The notes beneath the pieces were generated by a model. The model did not search any database. It had not been told where the DNA came from and saw only the letters and a program-made list of their open reading frames with translations. A DNA stretch of 64,000 nt from Zygnema circumcarinatum SAG 698-1b. Lineage: Eukaryota > Plantae > Zygnematophyceae. Numbering within the stretch: the stretch's first letter is position 1; each line of letters begins with the position of its first letter. A program made the translations under genes and the position numbers. The stretch lies in NCBI GenBank assembly GCA_037447605.1, contig CM074810.1, forward strand, positions 1,894,880 through 1,958,879. The letters are read 5' to 3'. Below are positions 34,988 to 47,480 of this stretch, piece by piece.

Positions 34988-37900
34988 ATGATGGTCGAAT
35001 GGCGGCGCCTGCTCCCCCTCTGCGCCTTCTCCTTCTTCTTCTTCTTCTCGGGGGTGGAGGCGCAGCGGGTCTACCGTCCGTATATTCCGTACCCAGGGGA
35101 TAAAGGGGTGTACGGACGCGAGGGGCGGCAGACGGCGGGCATTAATTCGCATCACAGCGATTTTGCAATTTCGTGAGTTTCAATTTTTTTTTATTATTTT
35201 AAAATTTATGTTTCTAGGGTGGGGAGTTCCCCCCACTCTCTCTCCCTCCTCTCCCTCACTCCCTCCCTCCCTCCCTTCCTTTCTCCCTCTCTCACTCTCC
35301 CTGCCTCTCTCCCTCCCTGCCTCTCTCCCTCCCTGCCTCTCTCCCTCCCTCCCTCCCTCCCTCTCTCCCTCCCTCTCTCCCTCCCTCTCTGCCTCCCTCT
35401 CTTCCTCCCTCTCACTCTTCCCATTGCTCTGAAAACTAATCAACAGAAGGTCCCAGTTTCCAGTTCATTAAAAAGCTTTATAAAAGTCTTTTTCCTTCTC
35501 AGAAAGAAAAATTAACCCAAGAATTAAACTTGCGGGGCGCAGGTACCACGGCGGGCGGCTTCTGACCCGGCCCATCGATGTAAATATTATTTTCTATGGG
35601 CGCGGGTGGAAGGGCTGGCAGCGCCACCTCGTCAAGGACTTCCTCGCCTCCTTCACGGCCCGGGCGGCGAGAGGGGGAGTGCCGGACGTCAGACAGGTGG
35701 GAGGGGGAGGGAGAGGAGGGAGAGGGAGAGGGAGAGAGAGAGAGGGTGGGGGGGTGGAGACAGGGTGGGGTGGAGAGGGAGACGGACGTCAATCAGGTGG
35801 GAGGGGGGGGGGAGAGAAAGAGGGAGAGGGAAAGAGGGAGGGAGAGGAGAGGGAAGGAGGGGAGGGAGAAGGAGAGGGAGAGGGAAAGGGGGGAGGGCGA
35901 AGGATAGAGGGGGGAAGTGAGAGGGAGAGGGGGGAGAGAGAGAGGGAAGGGGGGAGGGAGAAGGAGAGTGGGTGGGGGGGGAAGGTAGGGGGGAACGGAG
36001 AGGGTGGGGGGGAGGGAGGGAGGGAGGGAGGGAGAAGACGAGAAGGTGGGGGGGAAGGGAGAGGATGGGTGGGTTGGAGAGGGACGTGAGGGAAGGAGGG
36101 GTAGGAGAGGAAGGCGGGGTAGGGGGAGGTGGGAGGGGGGGAGAAAGTAGGAAAGAACGAGGAATATAGGGAGGGGGGAGGGGAGAGTTGTGGGAGGGGG
36201 GCTTAGAGTTCAAGTAAAGAGCAGGGAAAATGGAGTGAAGAGGTGAGGATGCAGAGAAGGGAGAAGAGGAGCAGTCAACCTGCGGCGATGGCTGTGAGAT
36301 AACGGCAGGAGAGTGGGCGGGAGAGGTAAAGAGAGGGGCATATGGAACCAAACTGAACTGAATGGAACTGATTTGGGGCATAGAGCCTGGTGCCACGTGG
36401 CAGTGGTGGAAGATCAACCGCGAGTACACGGACTGGCGGGGCCGAAATGTGAGTGCGGAGGTGCGGCTGAAGGCCGTTGTGAGAGACGTGGGATCGCAGG
36501 GGACTGATATCAAGAGCATGGGGAGAATTAGGGTGGGCACAACTCTCCCTTCCTCCCCTTTCTCTCTCCTTCCCACCCTCTCCCCGCTCACTCCGTTCTC
36601 GCTCTCCTTTCCCCATTCGCTTTCCGCCCGCCTAACCTTCCCCTCCACCTATCTCTGTCTTAACTCTCCCTCTCCCTCTTTCTCCCCTCCTCCCTCGTCC
36701 ATCCTCCACCCCATGTCCCTCCCCCTCCNNNNNNNNNNCTCCCCCTCTCCCTCTCCCTCCCTCTCTCCCTCTCCCAATGTCCACCAATCGCATCCTTGCA
36801 GAACGTAGTGAAGCGCGCCCTCGCAAGGAAGGCCATAAAGAAGAGCCCCTTCTCCATCACTCTCGTGCTCACAAGCGCTTCCACGAACGTGTCCGGCCTC
36901 TGCTCTCAGTTCTGCGGATACCACGACGCGTTCCGCTACAAAGGCACCCTCATGGTGTACGGCATGGCGGCCAACGCAGGCATCCTCTGCCCCATCAACT
37001 GCGCCACACACTTCATGGTATGGTCCATACTGTGCACCATCTCATGTACAGTGTTGCAGGGTTATGGGTGGGCGTGAAAACCTAAGGGAGTGAGGGGTGA
37101 AATGTGGAATTTGCGTGTGGGTTTAAGGTTGAAAGTTAAAGTCAGGGTTTGGGAAGGGTCTTGTGATATTTGGGAGGGGGGGTGAAACGTGGCAGGCACC
37201 ATCACTCACGGGGTTTCCCTTCACACTTGGTCCTCCGAACGGCGACATTGGAATTGACGCGATGTTGAACGTGGTCGGTCATGAGTTGGCAGAGAGCGCA
37301 TCAAACCCTGTGAATACCGGCTGGTGGGACAGGTATGAAATGATACCGTGGAGAAGGCGAGGGGGGGGAGGGGGAGGGGGAGGGGTAGGAGGTGGGGCAG
37401 GTAAGCAATGGGAACAGGGTGGGGGAAGGAGGGAGGGAGAGTGGAGGGTAAGGGGCGGAGGGGAATGGGTCTGTGCAGAGATGGGAGAGGTGTGAGAGAG
37501 AGAGAGAAAGTGTATAGATGGGGAGAGAGGGAGAGAGAAAGAGAATGTACAGAGGGAGAGAGAGAGAGAGAGTGTATAGAGGGAAAATGCAAGGTAAGGG
37601 GAGATGTTGTCTTTTGCTGCATCATTTTATCGTATTAGTTCTACGATAAATGTCTAGTGGACATCGTATCGAGGACAAGGACAAGGAATCTGAACACGTG
37701 TCTGCACCGTATTGGCCACCTGCAGCAAGTACACGCGATACGAGAACGCTGATTGGTGTATTTCGGAGTTCGGCAAATTTCATCGAACGAAGAAGCGCGG
37801 GAAGGAGATCGTCTTCAACCACCTCGGGGCCAACGGGCGGTACTTTTTGATTCAGACAAATTACGCTCTTTCAAAGAGCGCCTGCGTTGACTATGTGTAG
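34988..37900 (+). CDS. EXORDIUM / phosphate-induced protein 1 (PHI-1) family secreted protein, about 6 exons
   Basis: Signal-peptide exon 34988-35172. Then YHGGRLLTRPIDVNIIFYG, WWKINREY, LVLTS..VSGLCSQFCGYH, PPNGDIGIDAMLNVVGHELAESASNP and ENADWC..FG..NGRYFLIQTNY..C. The exon 2 acceptor needs AAG at 35506 rather than the adjacent CAG; unresolved. Confidence 0.88.
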
Positions 37901-39330
37901 GAGAGGATGGGGGGGAGGGAGGGAGGGCCGGGGGTGGGGGGGGGGGGGTAAGGAGAGGGAAGGGGGAGGGGATTGGTGGGGGGAGTTTTTTTCGTTTTTC
38001 TACGTCGTGGACATATTCTGTGTTTTTGGTCAATCGACTGACTTTTTGTACATCATTAAGCCTGTAACGTACTAGTGCGAGAGACTGATTAGTGATGGCC
38101 CTCGAAATCCTGAAACCCTAGACAGCCCCAAAAACTGTAGATGTTCTGAGGAGCGTAAAATCACTGTAATGCGGGTTTTGGCCTTATGTAGAAATGTCGA
38201 AATCGAAGTAGAAAAAAACTTCATAGTTTCGAGACACAGAAGCCCTAAAGACAGCAGGGAATTTTCTTTTCCTGTACGTGATAAGAGTATTGATTACTCT
38301 TTGATCTTTTTTTCGCCGCTTTGTAATTGGAATGGCCAAAAAGTACTTGGATAAACTCATATTCTTTCAGAGCCTTTTCGATTGTGCAGTGTGAGGGGGT
38401 TAGAGACAGAAAACTGAGCTAGTAGCTCCCGAAGTATTCCTTTCGGACCGAATCCCACACCGCCTTTTTCAAGTCTGAAAATCCCACTAGTCACGTCCAT
38501 CAACTGTAACTCGATTTCAAGTGGCTGCACTTGATCGCGTAGAGAGGGTTTCTTTTAACAGGTCATCGATTTGGTGTGTACTGGTCACAGCAAGATCGAA
38601 TTGGAACTTGCTATTAAGAACCACATGCGATTCGTTGTAACTGTCGTCTTTTTGAAAACCGTGTACTGACTTCGAAGTCCGAAGTGTAAATTTTTTGTTT
38701 TTTCTGACACCGTTTTTCGGACATTTTGAGAATGATGCGTCACCATAGTGTGAGCCAGAGAGATTTCGACATTTTCAACCCGACTCTAGCACTACCGTCC
38801 ATATGGAAAGACATTTGGCCAATGCACACCGAAACATCCCCCTCATGAAGTCAGCGCTTTCAAAGGAACACGCTAAATATTATTTTTAAATGGAAAAAGC
38901 AACAATCCGCGCCAAGGCATTTGTCATTTTCTCCCTATTCCAAATAGTCCCAAATCCCAACGGTTGCAAATTACCCCTTTACGAACCCCATTTTTTTCAC
39001 ATTTTTGTTGAGCAGTTATGTAAATGAAAAAACAAGGTCAAAATAAATTGCTAGCCGCCGTCATGTCTGAATACCTCTTTCGTCTTATGGCTCGGAGCTC
39101 CCGAGCGTTCTATGGCTTGATGAAGGGTTGAAGGTTTGGAACCAGGGTCACCCATTCCAGGCTCACCCTGAACCCTACTTTCTCCTTCTGCAGATGCTTC
39201 CACATCCACCATTGCCACTCCTCCCCGACATATTCTTATATTGCAAAATATTCTCACCGAATCGATAAATAATTTCCCATTTCGGACTCCACCTTTACTA
39301 CCTCTCAACGCCTCCCTCCCTCCTCCTTCC

Positions 39331-41084
39331 CTACTTCTCTCCCACAGTTCTCTCCAGCCTCCGTACTCCGCTGCTGTCCTCTATGATGTACTCCTGCCCC
39401 TCCATATTGGCAGGCCACAATATGCTCTCAACCGCAGACTTCTCTCCCTCCGTCAAGAGACGGCCTTCACTCTCGCTCTCCGGAACTGCCAAAACTTCGA
39501 CCACTTCATCCGTCTTTCTTCCCTCCGCCTTCTCATTTGAAATCCTGCAGGAGGAAAGAACACAAAAAACGCAAAATAAGGACAGAGCTATAGCGTTACA
39601 TGAAGCGCAGTTCACATAATTGTGCTTAGCACGAACACTTCAAATTCAAAGGGAGAACCTTCTCGACGGGTTTCGGCTTACATCGAGAGAATGGTGACCC
39701 AGACAAGCTCCACACAGTCCACCCAGAGAAGCCGCTGCTCCACTGGCATGACACCGTACGTGACGATGTGAGCAAAAGGCCACAACTTCCAGCCAGCCTG
39801 CAGAAAGTGAGGAGGAGAGGAAACGAGAGGGAGAGAAAATCAGCCCAAACATATACCATTATCAACACCTTGAGAGCATATGCATTTCTATACTGCCTCT
39901 GGACACAACTCAACAAGATGGTATCTTTACTTATTCAAAAAAAGCCGCTGGGGGGAGAAAGTGAACCGAAAGGTAACTGAGACATTGGAAATAATAATCA
40001 CACTTATTCGAATCACGTTTCCTGCAGCAATTCACTCACAGTGAGCAGCGGAAAGAAGGTAGCTTTCAACTCCTTCCAGATGGTGGCTGGATTCTCCAGT
40101 CGAAGCATGCCAAGTGTCACATAATAAATGGAGTTCCACACACCCGACCAGATAGTCTGGTCAAAGGCCACTTTAAGAGGAACCACCCACCACTCCTCGA
40201 AAGGAAAGAGCCACTGCAAGAAAATTGCAAAAAGCGTTTGTCAACAATTTGAAGTGACACTTTCACGCGAAGAGCTAGACATTTCCTTCTTCCAAACATT
40301 CCATTACCAGAACAGCCGAGGTAACGACTGTAATTCAAGACAGAGCAACAAAGGCACAGCGTAGCGCCTACATAGGCCATACACAGGGAAATGTGGGTTG
40401 CAGAGAAAATATAAAAGACGTACCTCACAAAAGTGGTAGTAGTAGTGGGATAGTGATCCGTGTAGACAGAAGCCCACCAGTCCCGACCTAAACATGCGCG
40501 TGCGGTCAAACTCCAGAAACGCCCTTCCTTCGTAACACTGTAAAAACAGAAACCATAGCAATACTCCAAACGATCCCTGATAAGAATGATCGTCATGCAT
40601 GACCATTGAGCCCCATTTCAAACGAAGCAACTGCGGCAAAACATCATTGAATAGTGAGTTTGAGCAGGGCTCCTGACCTGTGCAGACCAATCTCCAATCG
40701 TGTACACAACTCCGGAGATAATCATTTTCGCAAAAACTGGATTAGTTTCGAGCATGGCCTCATAGGCCTGCCAGTTGTGATGCGGCGCATTTCGAACAAT
40801 TTCAAAAACGGTCCAGCCCTGCAAAAAGTATAAAGCAATGGAGAACCACGTACTATAAGCTGCAGGGCCCAACCCTCGGTTCCACACACAAGCTCCCACC
40901 AGCAAATAGTGAGCGACGGAAAATGATAGTTCAAGCAAAAGAAAATGGAAAAAATAAATAGCTTCCGAAGCATACACTAAAGAGAGCTTCAACTTTCGAC
41001 GTCAAAAAAGACGAGAAAAGCAAATATGTGGGAGCAAGCCAACCGGCACAGCAACCAAGCATGTAGATATGAACACATGCACCC

Positions 41085-41129
<45 letters not shown>

Positions 41130-42106
41130 CATGCATGAAATAAGAGCAAGAGCGCATCGTGCAGTAGAAGGAGAAACGCGCACAACAGGAATGCATGCAT
41201 ACAAGTCAGCAAGAATGAAAAGAATACCATCAGAAAAAAAGGTACCAAGAAACAGTGGAGAAAGCAGGCAAACAGACATAGCAAGCAGGAACATGTACTA
41301 AGTCGACTAACGAACAGACGAACAAGCATGCAGATTCGCACCAGTCCTGTACCGTTACCGTTCTAAGTGGCGAAGTTTTCCTACTTGATTTCATGCATTC
41401 AATCAACCAACCGCTTGCAAGCAAGAACTGAAATCATCCAGATTTCGGAACTTACCGCCCAGTAGTCATGATCAACCGTAAAAATTTTGGCAAGAGCGGC
41501 TGCTGCTGCAAATCCGACAATGGCGCCGTTTATTCCTCTGTCCAGAAGCTTCTTCTCTTCTTCCGCTGACTTCGCAAACCATACAAACTTAGGCTCAAAA
41601 CTCGCCCCTGAGCCACTTCCAAGGCTTGCAGTTACAAGGACTTGGCTATCGCCTCCAAGACCTGCTCCAATACTTCCAGCAACAGCAGATACTAATGAAG
41701 TTGATTCAAACTCCCTCTCTCCCGCAGGAACAGCTTCTGCAGGACCAGCGCCTTCCAAAGTGGCTTCATGCTCCTCTTCAGAGACAGCTTGCATCATAAC
41801 AGGTGGTTTCCTGAAACTGTTTTTGCTCTGCTTTCTTGAGAATCCGTAGCTGGCAAACCGTCTATGCATCCTGCTAGGTGACAGGGATGACAGATCCGCC
41901 AAATCATGGCTGCCGCTGGTACAGCAAAAGGATCCTGAAAGAGCTCTTTCCTGATAGAAGGTTGAGCTGATAGTGCCAATGCTTGCATCTTTCAAAAGGT
42001 AGTGCGTTTTCACAGCTGGCTTCTTCAAGCCCTCCTTTCTTGCAGGAAGCAAGCACCATGAATCCACTGCTTGGGAGGCTACACGAGACGAAGCGATCAG
42101 AGCCAT
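39331..42106 (-). CDS. Mpv17/PMP22 family membrane protein with N-terminal organellar extension
   Basis: Exon 1 is 42106-41456. Later exons give GWTVFEIVRNAPHHNWQAYEAMLETNPVFAKMIISGVVY, CYEGRAFLEFDRTRMFRSGLVGFCLHGSLSHYYY, LFPFEEWWVVPLKVAFDQTIWS and AGWKLWPFAHIVTYGV..QRLLWVDCVEL. Last exon ends at TAG 39331. Confidence 0.92.
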
Positions 42107-42644
42107 CACTAGCTTCACCCTCCTCTCCCTTCCTTTCTCTCTCTCGTCTTTCCTTTCCGTTCTCCTCCTCTGAACTTTCTCCACTCTTTCCCTAGCTCTC
42201 TCTCTCTCCTCTCTCACCCTCCACCACTCTCTGTTTCCTTACCTCTCCATCCCCTTACTTCTCCCGTCCCTTCCCTTCCGTCTCGCACCGCCCCGTTTCG
42301 TTTCGTTTCGTTTCTACCGGCAGCCATGGATTTCCAGCAAAGCTTTCAGGGTCTGCGACGTCATGCGACATAATGCGACTTTCTGCGATTCACAACGTCG
42401 CATGAAATCCCTCCGGATGGTTTCTGTCGCCCGCCCAGGCCCTGCGACGGTGTGCGACGGAAAGTGACTTCTTTAATACATGGGAGGCGACGAAAGAGTG
42501 GTCGTCTGGCGACTGGCGACTTTTTTTGCGACGGGGAAAAGGGCGGTCGGAACTTTGAAGCGGAAGTTAGGCCATGTTCGAAAATGCGTCCCTCAAATTA
42601 AGGTATATCTTAAAGGCGGCCTCTGATTGGCCAATTTAATTCGA

Positions 42645-42874
42645 CACGTGTAAAACAATACAGTGATTGGCTTATGTTTTGCTATGTGGATTTATCTCCT
42701 GCAACGCAAAGGTTTTTTTTCACACGTGTAAAATGGAAATTGGTTCTTCTCGTTTCTGGTTGCACCACGTGGCTGCTCCGAGCTTTGTGGAAAGTCGAGT
42801 TTGACACTTGGCGTCCGTACAGACGTTGATCCGCATTTCTGATCTGAGAGGGACCCACCTCAGAAGCTCACGTG
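42645..42874. promoter_or_regulatory. four G-boxes plus CCAAT motifs upstream of the Mpv17/PMP22 gene
   Basis: CACGTG at 42645, 42723, 42766 and 42869; GATTGGCCAAT near 42625. Confidence 0.4.
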
Positions 42875-42978
42875 GCTAGCTGACAGCGTTCGATTGGTTG
42901 TACGGACTGCGGCGGCCGCGGGGGCACCTCCGGACTCGTGTCAAGCGGAGGGCGGCGGGGATCAATACGATGGCCATC

Positions 42979-43120
42979 GGACGAAGGTGGACCGTGAGAT
43001 TGGTATCGGACGAAGGTGGACCGTAAGATTGGCGCTGGACGAAGTTGAACCGTAAGATTGACGGACCCTAAGATTGGCGGCAGACGAAGTTGGACCGTAA
43101 GATTGGCGTCGGATGAAGGG
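42979..43120. repeat. about 29-bp minisatellite, about 5 degenerate copies
   Basis: GGACGAAGGTGGACCGTAAGATTGG-type units in tandem. Confidence 0.75.
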
Positions 43121-43391
43121 GGGCCGTCCGATGCCGGTGGTAGTAAAGTACAGTATGGTCCTTACAGTATTGTTAATCGTACGTTGTGGCCGTGCCACAT
43201 CTGCTTTAGAGTTCTAATTTCTTTTTTACTTTCTAGTTCTACTGGAACTGTAACCAGCGGAGTAGTTAAGGGCGGGCATATGCTGTCTGGCTTCCCATGC
43301 TTAAACTGTGGAACCACAGAAGGTCAAATCATTTCCAAAGATTCAATTGGTGAGCACGAAGTCAACGTCGAACACAATTGCTTTAATATAT

Positions 43392-44329
43392 GGGTAGTGA
43401 TATTTCCACCCCTTTTTTGGATCCAAACACCCCTTCCCGGCCGGGCAGATTTCAAAAAGGATTAAAAACGGAAAATGCTTTTTTCACACCTTTTTGGAAT
43501 CGATACCCACCCTCCATCGGCAGATTGTATTTTTGCGAAACAAGGAAAATTATAACCCTTCACTCCATTTGAATATCCCGCCTACCTGAATTTTTTTTCA
43601 CGCGTGCGGTCAATCGCAGCCGTCGATTCCCTCGCAGATCGCAACGAGGCAGATCACTATTTCATCTGCAGCCGGGCTCGGTCACAGCGAATGGCACGGG
43701 CCCACGTATCTTGCCAAAGTCGTCTCAAAAATTGTCCGTACAAATATCGTACGGTCGTACCAAAAATTTTGTACATTGAGAGTTTGGACCAATCAAAATT
43801 TTCCACGTCAAAAATTTAACACGTGGCAAATGTTGATTGGCTGGGAGCTGACAATAGAACAAGATCTCGGGCCGAGGTACGCGCGCACTCGCAAGTGCGA
43901 TCCGGCTTTGACGGGACTCGTGGGCGCTTTCCATTCGCTGAGATCAAGGCCGGCTGCAGATCGAACGGTGATCTGCAGTGGTGCGATCTGCGAGGGAATC
44001 GACAGCTGCGATTGACACACACGTGTGAAAGACGGACACCCGCGAACGATCTCGTGGCGGACGGATCTTCCGCTCCGAGCGGATTCGGGCAGGCAGATAT
44101 TTCTTTCCCTCAAAAAAAAAATTCAGGTAGGCGGGATACAGTATTCAAAATGCGGTGACGGGGTATCATTTTCCTTGGTTAGCAAAAATAAAATCAGCCG
44201 ACGGAAGAAGGTGGGTATCGATTCCAAAAAGGTGTGAAAAAAGCATTTTCCTTTTTTAATCCCTTTTGAAATCTGCCCGGCCGGGAAAGGGTGTTTGGAT
44301 CCAAAAAAGGGGTGGAAATATCACTACCC
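43392..44329. mobile_element. non-autonomous foldback/Mutator-like element, 938 bp
   Basis: Long TIRs starting GGGTAGTGATATTTCCACCCC (about 200 bp, few mismatches), plus further inverted blocks (about 43610-43645 versus about 43980-44016). Flanked by TAATATAT on both sides (43384-43391 and 44330-44337). No convincing CDS. Confidence 0.9.
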
Positions 44330-44977
44330 TAATATATATATCATTTTTCATTTGATGTCATAAAAGCAGGACATTGCTATGATAATTGACAACGGTATTA
44401 TTATGTTTTCGAGTTCCAATGTTTACCGGACGACTTTTAATATGAATCGGTCAACTCAAATTTGAACAATACAAACTAAATGTTCAACCTAAATATTCAC
44501 ATGTTTCGTTCATCAAAAGAACAGCCCAGACCGGCACACAGGACACCTGCAAACCTTCTAATTTACAAGCCACCAATTCCAAACAGGCCTCTCTAAAACC
44601 TGAAACCCAATCCCGTAACTAGACAACCCTAAACCATAAAACACTGTGGGTCCACCCCAAGATCAACAAGCCTTCCTTGAGGAAGAGCCAGCGCTGAACC
44701 CCACAAAAAGGAACCCAAGTAAAATCATCCAAAAGCTAATTGTTCCGACAAGGAACGAGAGAGACGGATTTGAACTGACAACCAACCCTGCGTTCACACT
44801 GCAAATTTTTTCATCTGGCAATTTTCCAAGACACCTTCCGCAGTCATCCAAATCCTCCACTTCATTGGTGGACTGCGGTCTAGTTTCCAGCGAAGGGGCC
44901 TGCACAAGACGACGAGGGAATAAACTCACTGGGATTGAACTCACTGGTTTAATTACGAGGAGAAATTAAGAGCTCAA

Positions 44978-45709
44978 TCAGAAACTTGGAATTTGAGATT
45001 TGCTTTTTAAGACATTATGGCCCACCTGAACAGAAGCAACTGCCTCGCAGTTGACAGCATTCTCCGCCTCCCCTTCACACTCCTTCACTTTTGCTGGCTC
45101 CGTACTCTCTACTCCCTTACTTAGCTCCCCCTTCTTCGCTTCCTCTCGCACTCTTCCCTCTCCCGCTCCCTCTCCCTCTCCCTCTCCCTCTCCCACTCCC
45201 TCTCCCATAGGGTCCTCTTTCTTCAACTCAGTCAATGCGTCCCAAAACCAAAAAAGCCCAACTTCCCCGTCATCCACCTTCTCCGCTTTTGTCAAGCCCT
45301 CCCTCTCAACTCCCTCAAGTTCTACACTTCCCATCCTTCTAACTCTCTCTAGTATTCCGTCACCCACCAAAACGACAGCTTTGTCCTCCTCCTCCCTCTC
45401 TCCTTCACCCGTCTTCCACCACCACGACATATCCCATCCACCTCCACTCTCAGCAATTCCCTTCACATCATAGTCCTCTCCTTTTCTCACTACCTTTGTC
45501 TCTCCTACACAGGTATTCACCACTACTGCCTTCATCCACTCTACATCCCCGCCCAAGGCCTGTCCCTCCCACTCTCTCCCCTCCCACGACCCCTCTCCCC
45601 ATGCTTCTCCCGCGCTTCTCCCTCTCCCGCCCTCACTGGCGTGGCCCCGCGCTCTCTGTCTCGCCTGCTGGCAGGGAGCGCCATCCACACTCTGCAAGAC
45701 GCCCCTCAC
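44978..45709 (-). other. 243-codon acidic ORF of unknown status (possibly a further exon of the coiled-coil gene)
   Basis: Long open frame with non-repetitive stretches (WMKAVVVNTC, WDMSWWW, LFWFWDAL). No recognised family; the splice junction to the 46117 exon could not be resolved. Confidence 0.3.
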
Positions 45710-46116
45710 TGGAGCAACCCTTTAGGCGTTACTAGAGTGTGGGGGTTTGAGGAAAGTGACAGGAAGAGGGGGGAGAAAGAAGGGGTTGGAAAGAGAATGA
45801 ACAGGAGGGCAGAAGAAAGGTAGCGCTAAGAGCAAAATCAGATCAAGATTGGAAAGGAAAGGACAAAGGGGGCGAAGGAAGGAAGTGGGGGAGGGAAGGA
45901 GAGAGACAGAGAGCAGGAGTGAGATAGGAATAGAGCGAGGGCGAGAAAAAAAACGCCAATGCAGCACACAGCTAGGGAAGGGAGGAAGCAAAACAGCAGT
46001 AGAGAGGAAATGCGGACAGAGAGCGAGAGAGCGAGAGAGAGCGAGTCAGAAAAGGAGAGAGAATCCACCCACTCATCAACCCTCCTCTCGTCCTCAATAC
46101 ACAGCGAGAGGAAACA

Positions 46117-47480
46117 TCAGCAGTCAGTGTTTACCTTAAGCTCGGTCTCCATGTCCTCCACGTTTCCCAAAAACTTTGCTTCGCTGGTCGAGCCTAAAAT
46201 TTGATCTGTAAAACCTTCCCCAGGATTTTCGCACTCCCGCAGAAGCAGCACCTCTTTCTCTCTCTCTAAATGCGAAACTTTTGTTTCCAGCTCTGCGATT
46301 CGGGCAGCCGCTAAATTTCCAAACCGTTTCGATTTTTCTTCCAAGCTTATTCTCTCTATTTCCGCCTGCCTTAAGCTCACAGCCATTTCCTCCATCCTTA
46401 ACTGCGCAATGTTCGCCTGCTCTTGGATGATTTTAAACCTCCACTCATCTTCTTTCTTCTCCCATATACCCCACTTTCCGTCCCCATTACTCTCAGCCAA
46501 TTTCTCCTCAAATTCCTTAATGACAGTTTCCAATCTCGCCAATTTCTCCGAAATTTTTTTCATAGCTATCCCCTCGGCCTCCTTCCTCGTTTTTGCGATT
46601 TTTTCCTCACTCTCCCTCCTCTCCCTCTCTATCAAAGCTGCAAAGTTTTTTTCAAGCTTTTTTTCCACTTTTGTTTCCAGTTTTCCCTCCAACTCAGCCA
46701 TAGCCTTCAGAAGATTTTCTTCTCCCCGCCTTTTTGACTCTAGTAGCTCCGCTTCCAGGGAGGTCATTTTTGCAAAATTCTCTGCCGCCTGCTGATCAAC
46801 AGATTCTAACCTCCGCCTTAAATTTAAATTTGCCGCTTCGGCCGCAAAGTTCATCTCCCTCAACTTCCTTACTTCCTCGTCCAAAGTTGGGGTTTTTTTC
46901 TGTCGAGAACCACAGCAACGAAAAGATGTCAGAGAGGGATAAGAAAAAATTAACATTTCTTTGCATACTTAAACATATCACTCCTACTGCTACTATCAAT
47001 AAAAATGAACTTTCAAGATTTCCCACAGCCTAAGAAAAAGATAGAGAGCCAAAAAGACTGTCTTTCTTGCTACCCTCTCCGTCACCTGTCTCTCCCTCTT
47101 CCCCACCCCCCCCCCCCCAATACACTCGCAAATGCTCACTTCCCAATTTAGCTCAGAAAACCCACCTTGGCCTTCTGCACTTGGCCAGCTGGCATCTCCC
47201 CATTCGCTGCTGCTGTGTGCCACACCCTATAAGAGCCTGCCACGTGGGTACTTTCTCCCTCCTCGCTGCCGTTTGCCTGCGCTCCGCCATCAGTGGACTC
47301 TTCAACCGGTGGATCCAAAGTCTCCACATTTGAACCACCAATCGGTTGAACTCTTGATCTCTCCCGAGGACTCGGAGAAATCGCCAAATCTTGAAATTCC
47401 GGAGAGGGAAATGGAACAGCACCACTTTCTATGCGGAGAATCCGTTGCAGCATTATAAGAAGCTTCTTATCAGGAAACCT
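46117..47480 (-). CDS. unidentified coiled-coil protein (two supported exons; 5' exons unresolved)
   Basis: Large exon from about 46900 to 46117 (TLDEEVRKLREMNFAAEAANLNLRRRLE..., heptad-rich). Upstream exon about 47480-47228 (RFPDKKLLIMLQRILRIESG..). Other candidate exons at about 47860-47920 and about 49090-49240. Confidence 0.55.

Noticed and set aside
42979-43120. 29-bp repeats as a CRISPR array
   Set aside because: Contiguous degenerate tandem units with no spacers.
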